A DNA stretch of 55,658 nucleotides, taken from assembly GCA_964520085.1 (NCBI GenBank), contig CAZFOP010000001.1, positions 3,015 to 58,672 of the forward strand. The letters run 5' to 3'. Source of the DNA: an uncultured Solibacteraceae bacterium (GTDB taxonomy: Bacteria; Acidobacteriota; Terriglobia; Bryobacterales; Bryobacteraceae). The notes beneath the pieces were generated by a model. That model ran no database searches and had not been told where the DNA came from. It saw only the letters and a program-made list of their open reading frames with translations. A program made the position numbers and the translations under genes. This document shows, piece by piece, positions 47,694 through 55,658 of the stretch. Every line of letters begins with the position of its first letter. Position 1 is the first letter of the stretch.

Positions 47694-48278
47694 CTACGTG
47701 GGCAGAGAAGCTGCTACTAGTGAGGGTCGGATTTGGGTCGCCATGGGACGCCCGCTCGCGTCGAGCGGCGCGATCCAGTCGCGGTCGATTTCCACCGCTA
47801 CGGACCTTTTCAAAAGAGTCACCGAGACAACGACTCGGCATCGCTTGCGAGCCTCGACAAGGAAGCCTTCCAGGCCAGCCAGAGGCCCCTCCTCAACGCG
47901 CACTCGCTGCCCAGCCTCCAAGAATGGCCACGGCTCAGCCGACAGGCCCGAAGATACGGCATTTTGAATCGCGAGGATCTCTACGTCATCGATGGGCACG
48001 GGAATCTTTCCGATGCCCACAAAGTGGAGGACGCCCGGTATGGTCAGTAGTGGCAGCCGGTGCCGCGGGTCCAATCGGCAAAACACGTACCCCGGGAAGA
48101 GCGGGAACTCAACCGCTTTTACGCGATCCGACCATCGCCGGCGGGATCGGTAAAACGGCAAGAACTCTTCGAACCCCTTGCTGTGCGCAATCGTGGAGAC
48201 AACCCTTTCATGGCGCGACTTCACGTGAAGAGCGAACCACTGTTCCGTGATCGAACCGACCGTTATTTCGGTATTCAT
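47694..48278 (-). CDS. NusG paralog (RfaH/UpxY-like operon-specific transcription antiterminator)
   Basis: The NGN domain is WFALHVKSRHERVVSTIAHSKGFEEFLPFY...FPLFPGYVFCRL. The KOW motif is GQRVRVEEGPLAGLEGFLVE. It is the first gene of the long minus-strand operon. Confidence 0.85.
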   Translation of the reverse strand: MNTEITVGSITEQWFALHVKSRHERVVSTIAHSKGFEEFLPFYRSRRRWSDRVKAVEFPLFPGYVFCRLDPRHRLPLLTIPGVLHFVGIGKIPVPIDDVEILAIQNAVSSGLSAEPWPFLEAGQRVRVEEGPLAGLEGFLVEARKRCRVVVSVTLLKRSVAVEIDRDWIAPLDASGRPMATQIRPSLVAASLPT

Positions 48279-48951
48279 GACGTCTTCAAAACGGCTTTTC
48301 GGGCAAGCTACCGCTTTTTGGGTCCCAGTCCACGGGATTCACTTTGTGTTTCCGTGCCACGGACCTAGGCCCTATCCGGTGTCCCCAAAGGGCAAGGGCA
48401 TTCCGAATGCCACATCGGTTATGAAATGTTGTAGGTTTGTTTTCCACCAGTTAGGAGCGGACCCCACTTTCGTCCGTCTGCGCGCCCGCTCGATGTATAC
48501 CGACGATTCGGACTTGCTCCAAATTAGTGAGACGAATGCACTCCCCGCGCGCAGGCGGAGCTGGATATCAACTGCCGAGCAAGAGACTGCGAGGCCAGTC
48601 GCCAGGATCGCCGGCTTCCATACCGCTTGCCGGCCGCTCGGACCCGCCATCTATGCCTTTGCAACGGCTTCCAATGGTTAGGCACGCGAGCTTAACCATC
48701 GGACGCCTTGTTTTATCGTTCTCGCTCCTGCCTATAATGAGGAGGATTTGATCGCAAATCTTTCGCCTTCCCGACTGTTCCATCGAAGGTTTTGGCAGTC
48801 GGCAAAGGATAGACCGAAGTGGATTTGTGCGCTTGTCCGGTTTTCGTCCTTGCGTCTGAACGCCGGGGCTTGTGTTGTCTCGGAAGCCGTGCAAACTGGT
48901 CCCGTATGGGCTATTGAAAGGGCGGGAAGAGAATTGAGGAGGATGCTCTCG

Positions 48952-49455
48952 ATGCGCAGAGTTTTTTGGACAATTCTAGGCGTTGGTTTGTACCTGGTGT
49001 CGATTCCCGCGTGGGCCCAGACCGCCTGTAATCTGGTTACCTCCAGCGGGACGCCCACCCAAAGCGACGTCAATGCGGCGATCAACATGGCGATCGGTGC
49101 GTCACCCTGCACCGCCAACATCATGGGAGCAAATGTCTGCAATGTCGTTGTCGTCCAGCGAGTCGTCAACGCCGCGATGGGTCAACCTTGCATCGTGGGT
49201 ACGCACAGCGTGACCGTATCCTGGGCCGCTGCTGCCCCAGGAACGTATCCCATTGCCGGCTACAACGTTTTTCGCTCAACCACGAACGGCAGTTATGTGC
49301 AGATCAACCCTGCCCTGGTGACGAGTTCTCTCTCCTACACCGATGGTGCCGTCTCGAATAGTTCGACATACTATTATGTAATCGCGGCTGTGGACACGCA
49401 GGGCAACCAGAGCGCGTATTCCACGTGGGTTACGGCGGGCATACCATCGTCTTAG
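48952..49455 (+). CDS. Small secreted protein: duplicated dockerin-like (F-hand-like) segment + fibronectin type III domain
   Basis: ORF 48748..49455. GAGGAGG precedes ATG 48943, and ATG 48952 lies 9 nt after it. MRRVFWTILGVGLYLVSIPAWAQ is a signal peptide. Two Cys-bracketed helices follow: SDVNAAINMAIGASPC and CNVVVVQRVVNAAMGQPC. The FN3 part is SVTVSWAAAAPGTYPIAGYNVFRS...YYYVIAAVDTQGNQS. Confidence 0.7.
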   Translation: MRRVFWTILGVGLYLVSIPAWAQTACNLVTSSGTPTQSDVNAAINMAIGASPCTANIMGANVCNVVVVQRVVNAAMGQPCIVGTHSVTVSWAAAAPGTYPIAGYNVFRSTTNGSYVQINPALVTSSLSYTDGAVSNSSTYYYVIAAVDTQGNQSAYSTWVTAGIPSS

Positions 49456-49944
49456 CGTGTTGAATGTTGTGGGATGCTTGTTGCGGCTTGGCGGTCTGAA
49501 TCTTGGCGCCAGGGGTATTCTGGAAGCCGTTGGATAAGCTGGCGGAGTGCAGGTACGTTTCTGTCGTTTCCCCACAAGTTGCTGTTCGGCCAGAGTTTAC
49601 AGCTTTGTGCTGCGAGGAGGCGGCTGGAAAATCGGTGACAATCCAGCTATCTCTTAGATCCCTGGCTGCGTAATTCGCCACGATAGCGGCAGCGAAGATC
49701 GCCGGGGCCGACATACCCCTTCCCGGCACGACGACCCCACCGCTGCCAGTGAACGACCGCACCTTTCCTCCCTCGGATAGTGGATAACGATTGCTCCGCC
49801 AAACGAGTATCCCGATTTGGCTGACCAGCCGGCGATGATCGGTCCTCAGCCTAACACCAAAGTCCGTTCGGTAATCGCTGTTCGTGACATCAGGGCGTAT
49901 CTTCCGGCTGCGACCGTTCCCGGCGTGATTTGAGACTGGGTTGA

Positions 49945-52900
49945 TTACTGGGCGGCCTCAATTGCAATCGCGACCGTGTTACTGATGATCGTGTTTCCGC
50001 TGGAATCCTCTGTCTGGACGACAACTGGGACACTGTCGCCGGGAGCAACGCCGGCTGGCACTGTCACGTCGATCTGATAGACACCCGCCATTCCGGCCAT
50101 TGGTTGGACTTGGCTCGCCGTCGTCGAGACACCCCCAATGGAAATCCTCAGCGATGGGCTGTCTTCGAGTCCGGCTCCGCTGGCCAGGATCGAGATCGTG
50201 TCACCCGGTTCCACGGGCTGACCGCTGTTCAGATAGCTGCGCGGCGCGGCAAGCAGAGCCGTGCCGGCAAGCATCACCATTCCTTGACCTTGCCCTGAGC
50301 CGTCCGCGGAATAGATTCCCAGCGTAACCTTCTGATTGGCGGGGATCGCGTTGGATGCCACACCATCGATCTGGGCCGAAATCGCCAGCTCCCCTCCTGC
50401 TAGCGCGGCGGGGCAGATGAAGTCGACTCGGGTCGGCGCAGCATACACCACGGGAGCCGGGCTGCCATTCACATTCACCTGGGCACCGGCGAGTTGCGAC
50501 GACCTCGCAGTTTGATCTGAAGCCGGCTGGGTGCCCGTTGAGAGCCACCGGCCTATGAGGCTTGCCACCGAACCCGGAGTGCAACTCATCGAGGCTGGAC
50601 GGTTTAGAATCTTGATCCCGGAAAGTGTGACCTGTGAGATCTGGCTAGCGGCGTTTCGAAGGTCTGTGATCACTGGCCGCCCCGGATCGGCTTCGATCCT
50701 CACGAAACCGGTAGAGGCATGGTTCTCCGAATCGGTAGCGGTGAACGCAACCTCGTATCCCTCCAACGGGGCTGACCGGTAAAGCTGGTCGGCGACAGGG
50801 GGTGGTGCCTCCGGCGTCCAGGAGAATCCGCCGGTGGCGGGATCAAACGAGGCGCCGGGCGGCAGGTTGGCCGCCGACAACACCAACTGTAATCGGCCCG
50901 GATCCACGGCCGAAAACCTGAAGGCCATCGGCTCTCCAAACGCAGCCAGTTGCCGGCCAGGCAGGTTGAGGACCGGTGCGGTGGCCGGTGTTACCACTAC
51001 CGAATCCGTCACCACCGTCTGTCCAAACTGCACGGACACAATCGACGACTGCTGCCCGGCCAAGGGCGTCGTGAAGACCTCGAAACTGAGTTGCGCCTGC
51101 CCGGGACGCGTCGGGAACGGACTGGGAAACTCGAAACTTGTGTTGTTGCTCGTGGCGGCCAGCAGGGCCACCTGAGGAACATTTGGCGTGTTCATACCGA
51201 TCGTGCAGGTGAAGAAACTGCCGGCTGGGACCGTCTGAGGCGCGCAGGAAAGGCCCGTGGGACGGATGCCAGTGATCGGCACGCTGGTCGTTGCCGACGC
51301 CCCTGTCGCCGACGCAGTGATCTGGACCTGCACGTCCTGGTCGGACGATGTTACACTTGCAACGAACTGGGTTTCCTGGGCGCCAGCGGGGATGACAATC
51401 TGGGCCGGAACTTGTACGCGCGAAGTGTTCGCCTGAAGGCCGACGGTCGTACCGCCCGCCGGCGCACTCTCAGCGGACCAAACCGTGCAGTTAAGCCTGC
51501 CGGCTCCGGTGAGATCCGGATGGCAGACAATCGACCAGGACGAGCCCTGTGAAGCTTGCAAGCTGATCCACGCACTCTCCGACGTTCCGTTCAATAAGGC
51601 CGTCACGATAGCCGTCTGGTCACTGGAAACGGCGCCGGCGCTGGCCGTAAAGCTCGCGGCAGTGGAACCGGCGGGGACGATCACAGACGGCGGAACCGTC
51701 AGCGCCGCGGCATTGCTCGATAGTGCCACTGCCACGCCGCCAGCGCCCGCCGAGCTCGATAGCGTAACCGTGCACGTGGAGGTCCCACCCGCGGCCAGAC
51801 TCGTCGGTGTGCAGGATAAAGAACCCACGAAAACGGGCGCCACAAGCGATATAGTCATCTGCGAACTGCCGTTATACGAAGCCGTCACCACTGCCATCTG
51901 GTTCGTAGTGAATGTGCCCGCTGTGGCTATCAAGTTCGCCTCGGTCGCGCCCGCCGCCACGTTTACGGTTGCGGGAACTGTCAGTGCCGCCGCGCTACTC
52001 GATAGCGTCACTGTGATTCCGCCCGAACTAGCGGCCTGTGACAGAGTTACCGTACAGGCGGCCGTGGCTCCCGGAGTAAGGCTTGCCGGATTGCAGGACA
52101 CCTGGCTAACCTTGGTCGGTGCCACCAGCAGTAGCGACGCCGTCTGCGAACTGCCGTTGTAAGTGGCCGTCACAACCACCGTCTGGTTACTCGATACCGT
52201 ACTGGCTGAACCCGTGAAACTGGCTGTACCGGAGCCGCTCGAAACTGTCACCGAGCCAGGAACGGTAAATGCCGCTGCGTTGCTTGAGAGCGTCACCGAC
52301 GCTCCGCCCGTGCCGGCCGTCTTCAATAATGTCACGACACAGGTCGATGTGCCACCTGAACTGAGGCTCGTCGGAGCGCACGCCAACGAGCTCAAGGCCG
52401 GCGCTATGGATACCAGCGCCAGAGTCTGCGTTTGGGAGCTGCCATTCAGTGAGGCCGTGATGACAGCCGTCTGGTCGGCGGAGATCGCGCCCGCCGTCGC
52501 CGTGAAGCTGGCCGATATTGCGCCCGATGCCACGTTCACTGAGGCCGGAACCGTCAGGGCCGCAGCGCTGCTCGATAGAGTAACGGTGATCCCGCTCGAG
52601 CCAGCCGCTTGCGACAGTGTGACCGTGCAGGCCGATGTTCCGCCCAAACTCAAGCTCGTCGGGCTGCACGACACCAGGCTGACGGTCGTGTTTGGCACCA
52701 CCAGTGAGATCGACGCCGTCTTGGAGCTGCCGTTGTACGAGGCCGTGACTACAGCCGACTGGCTCGCTGTAATCGTACCCGCCGTCGCCGTGAAGCTGGC
52801 CGATATCGCGCCCGATGCCACGTTCACCGAGGAAGGAACCGTCAGTGCCGCGACGCTGCTCGATAGAGTAACGGTGATCCCGCTCGAGCCAGCCGCTTGC

Positions 52901-53778
52901 GACAGTGTGACCATGCAGGCCGATGCTCCGCCCGAGCTCAAGCCAGTCGGGCTGCACGACACCAGGCTGACGGTCGTGTTTGGCGCAACCAGTGAGATGG
53001 ACGCCGTCTTGGAGCTGCCGTTGTACGAGGCCGTGACGACGGCCGACTGGCTCGCTGTAATCGTACCCGCCGTCGCCGTGAAGCTCGCCGAGGCCGCGCC
53101 CGATGCCACGTTCACCGATGCAGGTACAGAGAACTCACTGGCACCACTGGAAAGGTCGACCGTAGCGCCGCCGGCCGGTGCCGGCTGGTTGAGCGAAGCT
53201 GCGCAGGTTGACGAAGCACCGCTGGTGAGCGATGTAGGGTTGCACGAAAGCCCAGTCAACGCCGGCAACGAGACCGGCGGCGATGAGAGAGTGACGGTTC
53301 CGCCCGTGCCGGTCATCGAAAGTTGGCCTCCAGCGGAGCTCGTGGCCAGCGGTTCGGTCAGTCCGACCGGCGTGGTGACCGCCGAGGTCGTCATCGTGAC
53401 GGTAATCACAGCAACAACCCCGTTTTGTATCGGCGTCCCGTTGAACCCTGACAGCAGGCATGTATTGGAACCGGCGCTTGAGAAGCAGCTAATAGTCTTC
53501 CCCGCTGCGGTCACGCTGGCGCCCGAGACGGCGGTGATGGAGGAAACATTACCGGCCGAATAGGTCAGCGTCCACTGGAGTCCCGTCGGCTCGCTTTCCG
53601 CCTGAGAGTTCAAAGACAAGTTCAGCGCGACGGTTCCGCCCGGGGCAGCAGTGGCTGAAGATAGTGTCAGCGTGTCCTGTGCGAGCGCCATACCTGGCAC
53701 GATTGCGAGGACAACAGTCAGAAACAACCCGCACCCCACGGGGTGCAGCAGTCTCTTTTCACGGACCTTACTGTGCAA
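49945..53778 (-). CDS. Large modular surface protein: signal peptide, cohesin-like domain, 8 two-Cys Ig-like modules (~96 aa each), Solibacter-type C-terminal domain
   Basis: ORF 49945..53862. TTG at 53778 lies 8 nt after GGAGG and gives MHSKVREKRLLHPVGCGLFLTVVLAIVPGMALAQ. The cohesin-like head is LTLSSATAAPGGTVALNLSLNS...LQWTLTYSAGNVSSI...GKTISC...NGVVAVITVTM. The modules repeat LSC-PTSL--G--S-C-V-L-----GG--V-LSS-------P-SV-V--G---A-F-A-A. The C-terminal ~235 aa (NAASQ...VNVNGSPAPVVYAAPTRVDFICP...GQGQGMVM...ISIGGVSTTASQVQPMAGMAGVYQIDVTVPAG) resemble the uncharacterised Solibacter C-terminal domain as I recall it. Confidence 0.85.
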   Translation of the reverse strand: MHSKVREKRLLHPVGCGLFLTVVLAIVPGMALAQDTLTLSSATAAPGGTVALNLSLNSQAESEPTGLQWTLTYSAGNVSSITAVSGASVTAAGKTISCFSSAGSNTCLLSGFNGTPIQNGVVAVITVTMTTSAVTTPVGLTEPLATSSAGGQLSMTGTGGTVTLSSPPVSLPALTGLSCNPTSLTSGASSTCAASLNQPAPAGGATVDLSSGASEFSVPASVNVASGAASASFTATAGTITASQSAVVTASYNGSSKTASISLVAPNTTVSLVSCSPTGLSSGGASACMVTLSQAAGSSGITVTLSSSVAALTVPSSVNVASGAISASFTATAGTITASQSAVVTASYNGSSKTASISLVVPNTTVSLVSCSPTSLSLGGTSACTVTLSQAAGSSGITVTLSSSAAALTVPASVNVASGAISASFTATAGAISADQTAVITASLNGSSQTQTLALVSIAPALSSLACAPTSLSSGGTSTCVVTLLKTAGTGGASVTLSSNAAAFTVPGSVTVSSGSGTASFTGSASTVSSNQTVVVTATYNGSSQTASLLLVAPTKVSQVSCNPASLTPGATAACTVTLSQAASSGGITVTLSSSAAALTVPATVNVAAGATEANLIATAGTFTTNQMAVVTASYNGSSQMTISLVAPVFVGSLSCTPTSLAAGGTSTCTVTLSSSAGAGGVAVALSSNAAALTVPPSVIVPAGSTAASFTASAGAVSSDQTAIVTALLNGTSESAWISLQASQGSSWSIVCHPDLTGAGRLNCTVWSAESAPAGGTTVGLQANTSRVQVPAQIVIPAGAQETQFVASVTSSDQDVQVQITASATGASATTSVPITGIRPTGLSCAPQTVPAGSFFTCTIGMNTPNVPQVALLAATSNNTSFEFPSPFPTRPGQAQLSFEVFTTPLAGQQSSIVSVQFGQTVVTDSVVVTPATAPVLNLPGRQLAAFGEPMAFRFSAVDPGRLQLVLSAANLPPGASFDPATGGFSWTPEAPPPVADQLYRSAPLEGYEVAFTATDSENHASTGFVRIEADPGRPVITDLRNAASQISQVTLSGIKILNRPASMSCTPGSVASLIGRWLSTGTQPASDQTARSSQLAGAQVNVNGSPAPVVYAAPTRVDFICPAALAGGELAISAQIDGVASNAIPANQKVTLGIYSADGSGQGQGMVMLAGTALLAAPRSYLNSGQPVEPGDTISILASGAGLEDSPSLRISIGGVSTTASQVQPMAGMAGVYQIDVTVPAGVAPGDSVPVVVQTEDSSGNTIISNTVAIAIEAAQ
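52480..53115. repeat. Near-identical 288-bp in-frame tandem repeat (about 2.2 copies) inside the large surface-protein gene
   Basis: Unit starts are gccgatattgcgcccgatgcc at 52511, gccgatatcgcgcccgatgcc at 52799 and gccgaggccgcgcccgatgcc at 53087. Copies 52511-52798 and 52799-53086 differ at roughly 20 of 288 positions by eye. More diverged copies of the same 288-bp (96-codon) period extend from about 50980 to 53265. Confidence 0.85.
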
Positions 53779-54772
53779 GTGGTCAACCTCCAGATCTTGG
53801 GTGCCACATGCACCTGGCTCAAGCGTGCACGTGGCGCGCGCGGCTGCTCGCCAGCTGGCCAACTCTAAAATCTATTCTGAACCCTTTATCCTCAAAACTG
53901 TCGTTTGGAGATTCTCTGCACTGCTGCGGTTCTCCCCAAAAACGCCGACCAACGCAGGATTGGAGAATCCCGGACGGCGCACGCCACGCCGAGTGCCGCT
54001 TGGCCTGGCACAGAGCTGACTGATTACGAGGCACACGACACCCCGAAACACCGAATCGAATTGCTGAAGCTTCAGCACTGCAACTGGAGTGCCAGCACTC
54101 ATTGGTTGGCGATTCAAGGAGTTCATTCCATCAGTCGAGTTTTCGAGCGCGTTTTACATTGTCAAATACCCAGGACCAGGAAGTTTTTTCATGAGTTGCA
54201 GGGCCGCGTATCTCGCTGGCGTCCGGCCGCTGTCACATCGACCACGAGCCGCCAAAGACTCCGATGGAGAACACGAAGACGCTTGCCTGTGCGTTCAGCA
54301 GAGATCCGCGTCAAGTCGATCATGCAACCGGCGCGTTCGCGCGGCGGCCTGCCGGACCGCACCCAAGTTTACAAGTGAAACGTCTGCTCGGTTGGCTTCC
54401 CGCGCCAGGAGCGTCTTCGGCCGTCTTAGGTCATGACCGCTCGGCCTCAGGCCTGTCCGGTGACCTCACTCGGCTCTTGCGCAACTGGCAACACACGCCG
54501 GCTATCGATCCTGGTTTATAGGATTTGCAGAATAACGGCTCCAAAATGCTGAAAATAACTCGAATGAGCTTGATCCTGATCCTGAAATTAACTACTGGCG
54601 AAGTGGTAGTAAGTGTTGCAAGTGGTCGCAAACAAAGCGCCCCACCAAAGACATCTACCTTGGTCGTGCACCTTCGGAGGGCTTTTGGGTACTAACTATT
54701 CACAGTCTGGTTAAACACGGATTCAGTCGACTATATTCAGATCGTAAACGTAAGGGAATCCAGTTAACCGAA

Positions 54773-55658
54773 ATGCCAAAAAATTCCGCGAAGCAGCGGA
54801 TCGCTTTGTTCCTGTTCTGCTTCCTCCCCGGCAGCATTGCCTTGAGCCAAACATCATCTCTGAGCCTCTCGTCCGGTTCCGCCGTTGAGGGTGGCTCTGT
54901 GTCGCTCAACCTCTCATTGAGCGGCAGCGGCGGTGCACCTGCCGATTCGCAATGGACGCTGGGCTTTGTTCCGAGCGATGCTACGTCCGTCGTGGTCGCC
55001 CCCGGAGCAGCGCTTACCAGTGCGGGCAAGACCCTCACCTGCAATTCCGCTTCCGGATCGGTGACCTGTGCGGCAACCGGGACGACCGATTCCACAATCG
55101 GCAACGGCGTGGTCGCTACGGTTACCGTCACCCTCTCCCCGGCAACCAGCGGTTCTTCCGTGCCCATCGCGGTCAGCAATCCCGAGGCGGCTTGGGCGAG
55201 TGGCGCCACCGATGCCCTATCGGCGACGGCGGGCATAGTCACGGTGCAGAATTGGCAACCGGGGTTATCTTCGCTGCAGTGCTCGCCCACCAGCCTTGCT
55301 GCAGGCGCCAAGACCACTTGTACGGTCACGCTAGCTCAGGCGGCTCCGAGCGGAGCCACCGTAGTATCCCTGTCCAGCAACAGCACCACCTTACCCGTGG
55401 CGGCGTCGGTCACCATACCGGCCGGGTCAACTTCAGCCACTTTCACCGCTACCGCTGGCGCTTGCAGCTCGAACCAAACCGCAACGATTACGGCAAAGCT
55501 GAACGGCGTTTCCAAGACAGCGAGCATCAGCTTAGTCGCTCCGGTCCTGGTCTCTTCGCTCAGTTGTAGCCCCACCAGCCTAGGGCAGAATTCCTCCAGC
55601 ACGTGCACGGTCACGCTGACTCAGGTAGCGCCCACCGGCGGCGCCAGCGTTGCGCTGT
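54773..55658 (+). CDS. Paralog of the large cohesin-like/two-Cys-module surface protein; 3' end cut by window edge (not in supplied ORF track)
   Basis: Hand translation from ATG 54773 is open to the window end. It starts MPKNSAKQRIALFLFCFLPGSIALSQ (signal peptide). The cohesin-like head is SLSLSSGSAVEGGSVSLNLSLSG...SQWTLGFVPSDATSV...GKTLTC...NGVVATVTVTL. Modules follow: LQCSPTSLAAGAKTTCTVTL...SATFTATAG...ASISLVAP and LSCSPTSLGQNSSSTCTVTL. The listed ORFs 54700..55329(-), 54952..55569(+) and 55336..55614(-) are shadows. Confidence 0.8.
   Translation, partial: MPKNSAKQRIALFLFCFLPGSIALSQTSSLSLSSGSAVEGGSVSLNLSLSGSGGAPADSQWTLGFVPSDATSVVVAPGAALTSAGKTLTCNSASGSVTCAATGTTDSTIGNGVVATVTVTLSPATSGSSVPIAVSNPEAAWASGATDALSATAGIVTVQNWQPGLSSLQCSPTSLAAGAKTTCTVTLAQAAPSGATVVSLSSNSTTLPVAASVTIPAGSTSATFTATAGACSSNQTATITAKLNGVSKTASISLVAPVLVSSLSCSPTSLGQNSSSTCTVTLTQVAPTGGASVAL

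Noticed and set aside
48354-48360. Sigma-54 -24 element TGGCACG on the minus strand about 75 nt upstream of the NusG-paralog start
   Set aside because: This was attractive because exosortase EPS loci are reported to be sigma-54 dependent. However, the -12 position reads CACAA instead of TTGCW at the required 4-nt spacing. It is therefore only a half-site, and no NtrC-type activator is present in the window.
50950-53563. Three long + strand ORFs (200, 225 and 466 aa) opposite the giant surface-protein gene
   Set aside because: They are antisense shadows of a repetitive Ala/Ser/Thr/Gly/Val-rich gene. The translations are repetitive (AVAVKLADIAPDATFTE...) only because they mirror the 288-bp repeats. 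There is no signal peptide or RBS, and the minus-strand frame has clear domain architecture.
53872-54521. Several 60-160-aa ORFs on both strands in the divergent gap between the paralogous surface-protein genes
   Set aside because: They are mutually overlapping, Arg/Ser/Pro-rich and lack RBSs and recognisable motifs. I treated them as non-coding.
1-55658. Scan for CRISPR arrays, tRNA/rRNA genes, transposases/integrases, IS inverted repeats, toxin-antitoxin or defence-type (nuclease/helicase/methylase) genes
   Set aside because: None seen by eye. The only regular repeats are the in-frame 288-bp protein-coding repeats, no T-arm-like GGTTCGAATCC motifs were noticed in intergenic regions, and all large ORFs are accounted for by polysaccharide or surface-protein functions. 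A covariance-model scan would be needed to exclude small RNAs.

Overview
High-GC bacterial chromosomal window. Its content points to an acidobacterium of the Solibacter/Bryobacter type: a PEP-CTERM/exosortase module, cohesin-like surface proteins and a Solibacter-type C-terminal domain. This taxonomic call is inference from domain content only. About 48 kb of the 55.7 kb is one extracellular-polysaccharide (EPS) super-locus, almost entirely on the minus strand. A NusG/RfaH-like antiterminator gene (47694-48278) heads an uninterrupted run of 32 co-directional genes. These include a priming sugar-phosphate transferase, three nucleotide-sugar modules, seven glycosyltransferases, a Wzx flippase and a Wzy-like polymerase. 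They also include methyl-, pyruvyl-, acetyl- and deacetyl-tailoring enzymes, a secreted beta-helix enzyme and an ATP-grasp/FemAB-like/flavoprotein cassette. Downstream on the same strand lie a split Wzc pair (chain-length determinant plus BY-kinase) and an atypical LuxR-type response regulator translationally coupled to an exosortase. A convergent PEP-CTERM-type substrate gene and a TPR lipoprotein follow. The right end carries two divergently transcribed paralogous modular surface proteins (cohesin-like head plus two-Cys Ig-like modules, with near-identical 288-bp tandem repeats). Next to them is a small dockerin-like/FN3 secreted protein. Both window edges cut genes that the supplied ORF track omits (1-727 minus, 54773-55658 plus). 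I saw no rRNA, tRNA, CRISPR, transposase, integrase or defence-type genes. The observations I rate highest are: (1) a degenerate GGDEF-like domain with an intact RxxD I-site fused to the priming sugar transferase; (2) the candidate cohesin/dockerin pair beside the EPS locus; (3) the ATP-grasp/FemAB-like/flavoprotein cassette next to a GT4-deacetylase fusion; (4) the exosortase coupled to a pseudo-receiver regulator. Start codons were refined by hand from the longest-ORF track, which uses GTG/TTG as M, so starts may be off by a few codons. All functional calls rest on motif recognition by eye, and no database search was run.
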